DNA of 64,000 nucleotides from Candidatus Atabeyarchaeum deiterrae (lineage in GTDB: Archaea; Asgardarchaeota; Atabeyarchaeia; Atabeyarchaeales; Atabeyarchaeaceae). Location of the stretch: contig CP147780.1 of NCBI GenBank assembly GCA_037310415.1, positions 416,001 through 480,000 on the forward strand, in the 5' to 3' direction. The translations under genes were made by a program, and so were the position numbers. Shown here one piece after another: positions 40,877 through 55,105 of this stretch (positions are counted from its first letter, which is position 1; each line of letters opens with the position of its first letter). The notes under the pieces were generated by a model. That model was not told where the DNA came from, did no database searches, and saw only the letters and a list, made by a program, of their open reading frames with translations.

Positions 40877-43379
40877 GTGATTACCATTTCTAAACCAGAA
40901 TTTGGAGAGAAGCATTGGTCCGTTAAGACGGAAGAAGAAATACTGCAGAAGTGGAGAAGCAAGAAGAGCTACTCCTTCGACTTGAAGAATGGGAAGCAGC
41001 CGTTTTCCATTGACACACCTCCACCCTACGCAAGCGGTCGGTGGCACCTCGGTGGGGCAGTACACTACTCACAGATTGACATGATAGCTAGATGCAAGAG
41101 AATGGAAGGCTATGAGGTTCTCTTCCCGATGGGCATCGACCGAAACGGATAAGTCCCCCCCAAGTCGGAGAGACTCCGGATTACCGATCGAGGTTCAGGC
41201 GGAAAAAGAGTTCGGGGTTAAGATGAATGAAACACCCAGAGGGGAGTTCATAGAATTCTGCCACAACTTGCTGGACAAATACGAGGATGACATTTTATCT
41301 ATTTCAAGAAGACTAGGGCTGAGCTGCAATTCCCTGGAGCAGAAAGAAGTGTACAGAACTGACAGCCCCGAATACCGCAGGATAACTCAAGCAACATTCA
41401 TTAAACTTTGGAACATGGGCTTAGTATACGAAGATCGGAGGCCCAACAACTACTGCACGGACTGCGGAACCACAATAGCGGATGCAGAAATAGAGTATAG
41501 CGAAATAGAAACATCATTGAACTACATCAGATTTAGGATCGAGGGATCTAATGAGGAGATCATTATTGCCACTACCAGACCGGAGCTTCTCTGCGCCTGC
41601 GCTTGCGTGTTAGTTCACCCTTCTGACGAGAGATATAAGAAATTTCACAAGAAGACCGCACTAATCCCGATTTATGAAAGGAATGTGCCAATAATAGCTA
41701 ATCCTGCTGCCCAAATGGAGTTTGGAACGGGGGCGGCAATGATCTGTTCGTATGGTGACTACACTGATGTCAGACTCTACAGAGAACTTCAGCTGGCGCC
41801 AGTGGACGCCATAGATCATAACGGGAGAATGACGGAAGCTGCAGGAGAACTTAAAGGACTCAAAATACCTGAAGCAAGAAAAGAGATGGTGGCAAAGCTA
41901 AGACACCAAAGCGCATTGATCAAACAGGAAAGAATAATGCACAGGACACCCGTCTGTTGGCGAACAAGAACCCCCATCGAATTCATTGCAATGTCGGAGC
42001 TATATTTGAAACAATTGGATTTCTTGGGAGAATTAAAGAAGACAATCGACAAAATGGAATTCTATCCCCCACCAAGCAAACACATCCTTTCAAGCTGGAT
42101 TAACTCCGTAAGCGTGGACTGGCCGATAAGCAGGAGAAGATACTACGGTACAGAAATTCCATTGTGGTACTGCCTAAAGTGTGGTAAGCCCGTCGTTCCA
42201 GAACCCGGAGAATACTACCAACCATGGAAGGATGCCCCACCGTTCGTTAAATGCTCCCACTGCGGTGCGAAAGAAGGCTTCAAGGGCGAGGAAAGAACCT
42301 TTGACACATGGTTTGACTCAGGGATAAGTGAACTTCAAATCCTCGGTTATCTAAGAGACGAAGAATCTTTCAAGAAGCTATTCCCTTGTTCAATAAGACC
42401 TCAAGGGAAAGACATAGTCCGGACGTGGTGTTACTATTCAATCCTCAGAACCTACCAGCTCCTGAAGGAACGAGCATTCAAGAAAGTCTGGATAAGCGGG
42501 CATGTAATGGACGACAAAGGGGAAAGAATGTCGAAATCGCGCGGAAACGTAACGTGGCCTACCCCACTAATGGACAAGTACGGCGCAGACGCACTCAGGC
42601 TTTGGGGATGCCTGGAAGCGGGTTTGGGAAGCGATATTAGGTTCTCTGAACCCCGACTCGCAAGCGCTCACAGCTTCTTAACAAAGCTATGGAACATATC
42701 GAAATTCATATCGGCTTTTGCAGATCCTGCAGACAAGGACATAGAACTGCTGGCTTCAGATAGGTGGATACTGTCCGAACTTAATCAGATGGTCAATGAC
42801 GCAATTGAAGGATACCAGAAGTTGGACTTCAATATCCCAGCTACCAAGATACGGACATTCACATGGGAGACTTTTGCCTCTCACTACATTGAAATGGCTA
42901 AGGCGAGGGCATACAATAAGGGGAAGATCTTCCCCGAAGGGCAACAGAGAGGCGCGTGGTACACGCTTCACATGTGCCTTAAGACGATAATAATGGTACT
43001 AGCACCCATATGCCCCTTCATAACTGAAGAAATCTACGGGGGATTGTACTCACAGGAGGAAAGCATACACCACCAGTCTTTTCCAAAACCAAAAAAAGAA
43101 TGGGAAACACCACTCAGAACACTTACTCCTCTCATCATGGAGGCAAACAGCGCAATTTGGAAAACGAAGAAGGACAACAAGCTGCCACTGAATGCCCCAG
43201 TAAAGACGCTTTATCTGCCACAGGAACTCGAACAACTGGGGGAAGATCTCAAAAGAATGCATAATGTGGAAAACATAAGCTTTAAACCACCTGCAAAGAC
43301 ACTAACAGAGAAAGAGAAATACATAGTTGTAAAGATCGATCAAAGCAAGAGACAGAGTCAGATATTCATCAGCATCTGA
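40877..43379 (+). CDS. valS: Valyl-tRNA synthetase, interrupted by a 31-nt insertion (join 40877..41150, 41182..43379)
   Basis: Exon 1: IDTPPPYASGRWHLG...GIDRNG; exon 2: LPIE..., TTRPEL, DWPISR, DTWFDS, RPQGKDI, RMSKS. Start may be ATT at 40886. Confidence 0.9.
41151..41181 (+). other. Putative BHB/BHL-type pre-mRNA intron in valS
   Basis: ACGG/CCGG central helix, AT^A and AT^T bulges, AGTC/GACT inner stem; removal restores GGA-TTA-CCG. Confidence 0.75.
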
Positions 43380-43472
43380 AAACAATGCCTCAATAAATCT
43401 TATATTGGCAATCATCATACCAGAAAAACATAACAACAAACTAATTAAGAATGAAAACAAAGGTCGCTCAGT

Positions 43473-43658
43473 GGGCCCGTAGCTCAAAGTGGAGGAGAAT
43501 GAAAGCAAGCTTCCACTGGCAAAGCTTGGCTGGAGCGTTCGGCTGAGCATCTGGGTAACTTTGCCAGATGGGCAACTAACCGAATAGGTTGAGGAAAAAC
43601 CTGAAAAGAACCTTACCCTCGGGGCAGGTCGCGAGTTCGAATCTCGCCGGGCCCACCA
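43473..43658 (+). tRNA. tRNA-Ile(GAT) with three BHB introns (43487-43523, 43547-43576, 43585-43625)
   Basis: Spliced 78-nt cloverleaf GGGCCCG...TTCGG-CTGATAA-CCGAA...CGGGCCC-ACCA. Confidence 0.9.
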
Positions 43659-43687
43659 CTTCTCTATCCAAAAATGTTTGTTGAGTT

Positions 43688-43796
43688 GGGCCGGTAGTTC
43701 AGACTGGAAACCACCTTGCAGTGACTAAGGGTGAACATAAGATACGCCGGCTTCGCAAGCCGGAGGTCGTGGGTTCAAATCCCACCCGGTCCACCA
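43688..43796 (+). tRNA. tRNA-Ala(CGC) with one D-loop intron (~43710-43740)
   Basis: CCGGC-TTCGCAA-GCCGG anticodon arm, G3:U70, CCA; removing 31 nt makes it colinear with the intronless Ala(TGC). Confidence 0.9.
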
Positions 43797-43838
43797 CAAG
43801 TGATCATTCCAGAAAGTTCTCGGAGAGAAACTTTCACC

Positions 43839-43853
43839 ATAAAGCTTATTATA
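43839..43853 (+). promoter_or_regulatory. Probable BRE/TATA promoter for the 16S transcript
   Basis: ATAAAGCTTATTATA upstream of the 16S leader. Confidence 0.5.
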
Positions 43854-44060
43854 TGAACATCGCCTTTAGCATAGACTTGCACAGGTTTTTCGCAGCGAAC
43901 ATCAAACGGCGTCGACCCTAACAGCGGTTGAAAACCTGTGGATGAAGGGTTGTTTTTCCACTGCGAAGAATCAGTGACGAGTAGTCATGAGGACCTAAAC
44001 AAACCGACAGCATGGCTGCCGGAAACTTGGGTCTGATGTGGGCTCAGAGTGAACCCCCAA

Positions 44061-45682
<1,622 letters not shown>

Positions 45683-45791
45683 GGGGACTGAGCCCACCAA
45701 CAACTCATTTCTCCTTCCTTCCCTGATTTGTGGCTTGACCTCTTAACTGATTATGCGGCAATTCTGCTCCAGACACCAGTTCTCGTTCTTT

Positions 45792-45808
45792 GAGAAACTC
45801 TTTAAAGT
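45792..45808 (+). promoter_or_regulatory. Probable BRE/TATA promoter of the spacer selenoprotein gene
   Basis: GAGAAA-CTC-TTTAAAGT about 65 nt upstream of the CDS. Confidence 0.5.
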
Positions 45809-45870
45809 ATGCTGCATTCGTCATATCATCACCATATGCCACTATCTTGTTGATAGGAAGCGTGCGTCTA

Positions 45871-46104
45871 TTGAAACCGAAGCTTCTGGTGAAGTATTGC
45901 GGAGTCTGAGGTTCAAGCTCTGCTACTAGGGAATTGCTTAGGTCTGTCGTTCCGAGCCTAAAAGGGAAAGTCGATCTTGAAGCGATTAGAGAGGACGGCG
46001 CTCATCCGGAGATTCGCGTAAACGGTAAGAAAGTTGCGGCAGACTACAATAACGTGGAGTCGTTGAAGAAGGCACTCCTGACAACCTTGGACAGACTCAA
46101 GTAA
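45871..46104 (+). CDS. SelW/Rdx-like selenoprotein (CxxU; in-frame TGA at 45907-45909)
   Basis: MKPKLLVKYCGVUGSSSATRELLRSVVPSLKGKVDLEAIREDGAHPEIRVNGKKVAADYNNVESLKKALLTTLDRLK; SelW-type YCGxUG and EIxVNGK motifs; downstream SECIS. Start could be GTG 45862. Confidence 0.85.
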
Positions 46105-46124
46105 TGGTGAAAAGAGCCGGCACG

Positions 46125-46175
46125 CCCTGATGACTCCTTCTCCCAAAGGCGCAATGTCACGGAGGGGATGAAGGG
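46125..46175 (+). promoter_or_regulatory. Eukaryote-type SECIS element (form 2-like)
   Basis: ATGAC (46130-34)/TGAA (46169-72) core, TCCTTCTCC/GGAGGGGA helix, unpaired AAA (46145-47), apical GGCG/TGTC mini-stem. Confidence 0.8.
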
Positions 46176-46271
46176 AGGGAAGCCCCCTGGATCAAATGTC
46201 TGTGGCAACGCTTGTCGAATAGACGAGCAAACCTTTGAACATTCTCAAAATGTTCTCCCACTTGATAACCA

Positions 46272-46286
46272 TAATACTTATAAAAG
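46272..46286 (+). promoter_or_regulatory. Probable separate TATA promoter for the 23S transcript
   Basis: TAATACTTATAAAAG followed by a ~250-nt structured leader whose 3' part pairs with sequence downstream of 23S. Confidence 0.5.
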
Positions 46287-46553
46287 ATCTCTGGCACTAC
46301 TCTTGATTTGCAGCAGAGAGACCTAATAACCGATGGATACTCTCTTGACTGCAGTGACGATTTACCGAGATGCAACTCGGGAGGAGCGGTGGAGAACACT
46401 TCTCTCGGGTGAAGGGCACAGTGGGGATCAGCATAGCGGACGTTCCCACAATGACTTGCCACGCATACATTCCACCAAACAGGAAAAGATCGTACAAGCT
46501 GAACAAAGGAGTTCTAACACTATCCGGACCGAGGTTACGAGTAAGGTCTGATA

Positions 46554-49658
<3,105 letters not shown>

Positions 49659-49826
49659 GCAGGCCTGAAAGCCCTCGGTCTGGGTGAATTTAGATCTCCC
49701 ATTTATTGTTCGGCGGGTGGAATTCTGTGCGTGGTGATCTCCTCATTTCTCTTGGACTAGTCAATCCCATGTTTGCCCCCTTGTTGATGGAAATTCTTAT
49801 TTGACATTCCTCGTAAATGTATTCTT

Positions 49827-50239
49827 GGAGTTAGGACGTGGGAGCGCGGCTGCCGGTGCCTTTCTTTCTCTTTGAGGAAGCTAGGTGCTGAGGAAGGTCT
49901 CCCCTCCACCAGACTTCGGTGCAGCGAAAGCTGCGAGGCGAGAGCCTCGCTCCAGGATCAGAAACGACACGTCCACACGTGAAATGACTATGATGCGGTT
50001 GAGGCGATGCTTACAGTGAGCGTCTCCGAGCAGGAGCCAGGGTAACCTAGCTCAATAACCCGCTGAGGATCCTTGTGGGAGCGGTGAAACGGCCTGCCAC
50101 CGAGGAGAAAGCCCAAATAGGCTGTGGATGATGCGTCTGGCTGAACCAGCGGGTAGGGTGAGTAGCTGGATGCCGCAAAGGGTGTTTCGGCGACGAAACA
50201 TCTGGAACAAAAGGGGGCCTACTACCCACACCTGACTCC
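49827..50239 (+). ncRNA. rnpB: RNase P RNA
   Basis: P1 GGAGTTAGG..GTGGG / CCCAC..CCTGACTCC; GAGGAAGGTCTCCC and AACAAAAGGGGGCCTAC P4 strands; TGAAACGGCC, GAGAAAGCCCAAATAGG. Confidence 0.9.
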
Positions 50240-50371
50240 CTTCTTTTTCATCTAGTTGAAGGCGCTCGGCTGACGAATAGTTCCAATAACATTAGGCTGA
50301 ATCTCAAAGTCGAATGTTATCAATTCCAGACTGGTTTGACTTCTAATTTCTTGCACGCAATGACTAGCGGT

Positions 50372-51919
50372 CTATCCTTGACGTCTCTTTATGGGCTTTC
50401 TTGCACGCTGGCTAGTGAGGAGAAATATGCAGAACACGAAGACCGCTGCAACATCCACTGCTATCGCAAGCAATACGTATTCCGCGGCTTGAAACTGGTA
50501 CGTCAAGTATTGTACACCATTTAGATTCTTTACTAGGAAGACATCTGAATCGCTATCTTCGGTGCCAAATACCGTACCAGTGAAGTAAACGTCGCCACTG
50601 TCAGAAATAGCAACTGATTCAGCTGATTGCCCCCTTGAGCCACTACCCCAGATTCCACTCATGATCATATTCCCGGAAGTATCGTACTCATTGATGAAAG
50701 CTCTGGGAGTACCAGCTGATCCGTCAGTTGAGAAGCTTGACGTCTCGCCGCAGAGGTATAGTTCGTTTTTCATTGAGATACTGAGTGAATTCACCGTCTC
50801 TGATTCTGGTCCTCCCCAAGTTCTGTTCCAGACTTGATTTCCATCTGTGTCGTACTTTAGGAGAAATGTGTCCTGGCTACCCGCGCCATAGCTACTTGTG
50901 GATCCTGCGACGTATGTTGCTCCATCAGCGGTACATACGGCGTATGCAACATCGTCCAGGGTTCCTCCGTAAGTTCTGTTCCATATCTGTTCTCCAGACA
51001 TGTCATACTTGGCGAGAAACGCATTCAAGTCGGGTTTATCACTCAAGAATCTTCCTAGGTAGCCTGCAACGTATACGTAACTATCTGCTGAGATGGCGAC
51101 CGATGTAGCTAGATCCAATACTGGGGTCGCAGTCCATCCGAGGCCGTACGGGTCGTACAGGCTCGTGCCCCAGTTTCTTCGCCATAAGATCTCACCGTCG
51201 GAACTGCACTTGACAAGAAGAGCGTCTACATCTACAAGTCCATGACCAGTCTGCCAGTACTCACCCATTTCAAGCCCGCCAGCGATGTATATGTCCCCAT
51301 TTTCGTCGACTGCACCCGAAAGCCACTGCTCTCCGTGAGTCACCCAATAGAATCGATCATGAACATATGGCGGAGAAATGAACCACACCAAGTTACCTGA
51401 TGAGTCATATTTGGCTAGAAGTATGCCTGGTGCAATCCTATGACTCTCGGACACCTTTCCACAGGCTACCTCGCCTACAACGTAAATGTAGCCGTCGTCG
51501 GATAAGACGACATGATTCCCACGGTCCGTGCTTTCGAATCCATACTGAGTACCGTCATCCAGTGTTCTGTTCCAGACCAAGAGCCCTCTCCAATCGAACT
51601 TCATGAGAAGTAGGTCATCCTCAGCGCTGAAGCTCCTCGTTGATCCAGTCACATAAACGTATCCGTCACGGGACACGGCAACGGATCTTGCTTCATCGTG
51701 ACCGCCTCCACCCCACATTGTGATCCATGAGTTGGAAGAGGGTGCTGCTATTACTTGCTTCGCAAACTGAATCTCTGAAAAGGGCATTGATACTGAACAT
51801 AGCAACGTAGCTACAAAGAACGCTGACATTAGCTTCAGATGAAGGTTGCGCGAGGGTTTGGAGTTTGACAAAGAATATATCAGTCTTCCTGATGCATTAG
51901 TTGGAGATTGCCAATGCAA
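50372..51919 (-). CDS. Membrane-anchored beta-propeller (SBBP-like repeat) surface protein
   Basis: About seven repeats of DG.VYV.G...D..L.KYD..G...WNRT.GG; N- and C-terminal hydrophobic segments; true start may be ~51829. Confidence 0.82.
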   Translation of the reverse strand: MHWQSPTNASGRLIYSLSNSKPSRNLHLKLMSAFFVATLLCSVSMPFSEIQFAKQVIAAPSSNSWITMWGGGGHDEARSVAVSRDGYVYVTGSTRSFSAEDDLLLMKFDWRGLLVWNRTLDDGTQYGFESTDRGNHVVLSDDGYIYVVGEVACGKVSESHRIAPGILLAKYDSSGNLVWFISPPYVHDRFYWVTHGEQWLSGAVDENGDIYIAGGLEMGEYWQTGHGLVDVDALLVKCSSDGEILWRRNWGTSLYDPYGLGWTATPVLDLATSVAISADSYVYVAGYLGRFLSDKPDLNAFLAKYDMSGEQIWNRTYGGTLDDVAYAVCTADGATYVAGSTSSYGAGSQDTFLLKYDTDGNQVWNRTWGGPESETVNSLSISMKNELYLCGETSSFSTDGSAGTPRAFINEYDTSGNMIMSGIWGSGSRGQSAESVAISDSGDVYFTGTVFGTEDSDSDVFLVKNLNGVQYLTYQFQAAEYVLLAIAVDVAAVFVFCIFLLTSQRARKPIKRRQG

Positions 51920-52123
51920 AGTAACTGAGGAGCCTTCCCTTAAGTTTTCCGTTGGTTTCGGTGTAAAATGCGGTGTTCTGGCATCGCTTTTTTGGTTATC
52001 TTACGGTGAATCGCAGATTTGTGTGTCGTCTTTTGGATTTCTTACAGTGTCCTGTAATGGCTTCTATACTGCTGGTTTCTTGATAGCTCAGACCGAAATA
52101 AGACGGATTGAGCCAAGTCCTCT

Positions 52124-52969
52124 TTAGTCAGCCAAGGCCAGAAGTTTCTCTATGTTCCCTGAGTCGTCGCGTCGTTCGTCGACTGGCGTCTCCATTATGA
52201 ATGGCAGGTCCTGTAATCGTTTTTCATGCAGAAGGACTCTAAATCCTTTTTCGCCGATTCTTCCTAATCCTATGTGTTCATGTCTGTCTATGCTCGAATT
52301 CAGATCTCCTTTTGAATCGTTCATGTGTATGACTTTCAACTTCTTAATTCCGATCACATTGTCCAGATGATTTATCGTGTTGTTTATGACTTTCTCATTT
52401 CTAAGGTCGTAACCTGAGGCAAACGCGTGTGACGTATCAAAACAGATACCTATTCTTTCATTGTGTTGTTCTGTCCCTTCTATTATTGATTGGATTTCCT
52501 CAAATCTTGAACCCATGCTGTGTAGCGTTCCAGCGGTGTTTTCAAGAAGAAGTATCACCTTGTTCTCCACCTCTGATAAGGCGACGCCCAAAGCGTTCAG
52601 TATGTTCTTGAGACCTGCTTCACGACCCTTTCCTAGGTGACTTCCTAGATGTGTGACCAGAAAGGGGATTCTCAGTCGCTCACATCTCTTAAGCTCCAAT
52701 TTGAGGGCATATATGGATTTCCTGTTTATTGCCTTTCGAGGGGAGGCAAGGTTTGCTAAGTATGGCATGTGAGCAACTACTGGATCAATCCCACTTTTGT
52801 GGACTTTCTCTACGAATCTTGATGCGACATCAATTGATATGGGTCTGGACTTCCACTGTCTCGGGTTTGTGGTGAAAATCTGAAAAGTAGTGCAACCCTT
52901 CTCTGAAGCTCTGTCTATTGCCATGTCTATTGATCCTTGAATGGACACATGAACTCCGATGCGTAGCAA
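52124..52969 (-). CDS. nfo: Endonuclease IV (AP endonuclease)
   Basis: IGVHVS, HMPYLANL, LENTAG, DTSH, HMNDS, DRHEHIG, METP. Confidence 0.94.
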   Translation of the reverse strand: MLRIGVHVSIQGSIDMAIDRASEKGCTTFQIFTTNPRQWKSRPISIDVASRFVEKVHKSGIDPVVAHMPYLANLASPRKAINRKSIYALKLELKRCERLRIPFLVTHLGSHLGKGREAGLKNILNALGVALSEVENKVILLLENTAGTLHSMGSRFEEIQSIIEGTEQHNERIGICFDTSHAFASGYDLRNEKVINNTINHLDNVIGIKKLKVIHMNDSKGDLNSSIDRHEHIGLGRIGEKGFRVLLHEKRLQDLPFIMETPVDERRDDSGNIEKLLALAD

Positions 52970-53091
52970 CGTGGTCCCTACCTTTCGTTTCCCGAATCAA
53001 GTAAAGAGATGGGTACTTTTCATGTTTGGAGTAACACAATGTAGCCGCATTTTCTGTGCCCTAATACTAGCGGGATCCTCAATTCGGTGGT

Positions 53092-53571
53092 TTAGTCTGA
53101 CCTGGGTTCAAATCGGTTGAGTTCCAAGAAGTTCTTACCCCATCCAAACTTGGAGAGCAACTCGTCGGCTTGTTCATGTTCTCCGCACTCAATGAGAGCG
53201 CCTGCAAAGGCCTCAACTGTACTCAACTTATTCCATACGCCATAGTTGATCGGGTTACCAGCCAACATTTCCCGGAGTCGTCTTTTTCTTCCTCTGATTC
53301 TGAATTTTAAAATCTCGCCTGCATTCTCCCAGGAGCAGTCGATTGCAACTAGTCCATATCGAATTACGTTATACTGATCATCTTTTGTCAGAACCATGTT
53401 TGAAAACGGGTCTAGCACAATAGAACTCCGTGATATGTGTGAGAGTCGATCTATGCGTTTAGCTAGACCAAGTCTCAACAACTTCAATGCAGTGCATTTC
53501 TTCGGATCACATTGTGATGCATGATAGACGTATAGCTTCACTTTGCCATGAATCCTGGTCTGGTCACTCAA
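53092..53571 (-). CDS. tsr3: 16S rRNA aminocarboxypropyltransferase Tsr3
   Basis: QCDPKKCTA, DCSW, AGNPINYG..KLSTVEA, FGWG..FLELN. Confidence 0.9.
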   Translation of the reverse strand: MSDQTRIHGKVKLYVYHASQCDPKKCTALKLLRLGLAKRIDRLSHISRSSIVLDPFSNMVLTKDDQYNVIRYGLVAIDCSWENAGEILKFRIRGRKRRLREMLAGNPINYGVWNKLSTVEAFAGALIECGEHEQADELLSKFGWGKNFLELNRFEPRSD

Positions 53572-54529
53572 TTTTTGATTCCTCTCGGCTCTTTTCCAGT
53601 CTCTCCATGGCTGCTGCTACGATCAAGGGAAAAGCGATTGTGGCGTCTCCTATTACGTCAACCCACTCAGCTTCAGGTTTCACTTTGCCCCAAGACTGAG
53701 CTTCTTGAAGCGAAGCACCGCTTAGTCCGCCTGGCTCCGGTCTATCCATTGTGATTTGTATTGCGTAATCAAGTGCCTTACCTGTTAGCATAGCGGACTG
53801 AAGAATATAGTTCTTCGGTACGCCACCTCCCAGGAACACGGCACCGATTCTCTTTGATTCAAAATAAGTATCGATCATTTTCTGGAGATCTTTTCTCAAG
53901 TCTACTCTCAGGTCGTTCTGCTGAGAATAGATCCAAATGTGGAGTCCTAAAATCGAGTCGAATATTGCGGGACAGAATATGAGAGTTCGATTCCTTGCTG
54001 CTGTTCTCAGAATTGACTCATCGTCATCCAGCATAAGTCCGATCTCTCGCAGTAGTTCATAAGAGCCCAGTCCTTGCCTGCGCTTGTCCTGGTCTATGGA
54101 AGTGAAATACTCCTTCAACTTGCTCTCTAATTCCTCGAAAGCTTCATCCCTGACAAAAGCATCAAAAATCCGGTTTATTCTCATTTCTCTGAGCGCGGCG
54201 TCGCCAACTGAGGTAATATCTCTTTCATGTTTCCAACCGGAAGCTTCGACTAAGTCATGTGTAACGTTGGCGCCCGTGAGAACCAAGATGTCGACCATTC
54301 TATTCTCCACTAGATCCCTAATGACTTTTCTTAGCCCGCCGGGTACGAGAGCGCCAGCAACACCGACAGGCTTGAGGATTTCTTTGTCGGAGAGAATTCG
54401 TTCATAGATTTCTGCCCCCTTGCTTACTCGCCCAGCGCCAAATACCCCTGCCTTTCCCATCTCATCGACTAGTTCTCCGACACTCATGCCTGCGTGGATC
54501 CTCATTTGCTCAACGTATTTCCGCTCCAA
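53564..54529 (-). CDS. dys: Deoxyhypusine synthase
   Basis: TGANVTHD, INRIFD, GGGVPKN, GGLSGA...EAQSWGK, DATIAFP. Confidence 0.93.
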   Translation of the reverse strand: MERKYVEQMRIHAGMSVGELVDEMGKAGVFGAGRVSKGAEIYERILSDKEILKPVGVAGALVPGGLRKVIRDLVENRMVDILVLTGANVTHDLVEASGWKHERDITSVGDAALREMRINRIFDAFVRDEAFEELESKLKEYFTSIDQDKRRQGLGSYELLREIGLMLDDDESILRTAARNRTLIFCPAIFDSILGLHIWIYSQQNDLRVDLRKDLQKMIDTYFESKRIGAVFLGGGVPKNYILQSAMLTGKALDYAIQITMDRPEPGGLSGASLQEAQSWGKVKPEAEWVDVIGDATIAFPLIVAAAMERLEKSREESKIE

Positions 54530-54713
54530 GTCAATTCCACCGCCGAATAATGTCGACTTCAGGCACAGGAGATTGTTAACATAGCTTAATTGCTTGTGAG
54601 GTAGATATCAGTTTGGTCTCTCGGCAAATCTCTCCAGTAGATGAGTCTGAAACGAAATCACCTAAGGAAAGCCAGATTAGAAGTAATAAGATCGCTACCG
54701 GCTCGCATAAGGT

Positions 54714-54904
54714 TGGTAGCGGGGGATGGATTTGTCCTTCGTGGGAGTTGATCCCACGGATTTGAACCATCGATCTCAGGGTATCCCAGTGGGACATCTT
54801 ATGAGCCATCCGCAGGAGGATTTGGCTATCTCCTACTGCGGGATCTCCTGAGTGGGCCAACCTACCTCCTGATCCAGAAGTAAGGGTGCCTACCCTACCC
54901 CGCT
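54714..54904 (-). tRNA. Initiator tRNA-Met(CAT) with four BHB introns (54889-54852, 54835-54808, 54799-54783, 54761-54732)
   Basis: Spliced 78 nt AGCGGGG TA GGGTAGTCAGGAGATCCC G CAGGG CTCATAA CCCTG AGATC GATGG TTCAAAT CCATC CCCCGCT ACCA; A1:U72 and three G:C pairs in the anticodon stem. Confidence 0.93.
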
Positions 54905-55105
54905 ATTACGGGTGCGAATTATGTGATAGTTCTGAATGGTTACTCATATATTTTACTCTTTGGTTGCTGTCTCCTGTCAAAATAATCGTGTTCTCTACCT
55001 CTCAACCGGCGTCCAAGATTCATATTGCCAAAATCGGCTATGGCTTCCTTTTAGTCGAAAATAGCTGGCAGGGAATTGCAGAACTGGAAAATGATATCGT
55101 TGGAG

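Noticed and set aside
41112-41180. N-terminus MRFSSRWASTETDKSPPSRRDS of the 755-aa ORF as a real start, or a programmed frameshift at the C7 run
   Set aside because: That protein would lack the HIGH-motif region; the TAA precedes the C run, and frameshifting would leave an insert in a conserved motif
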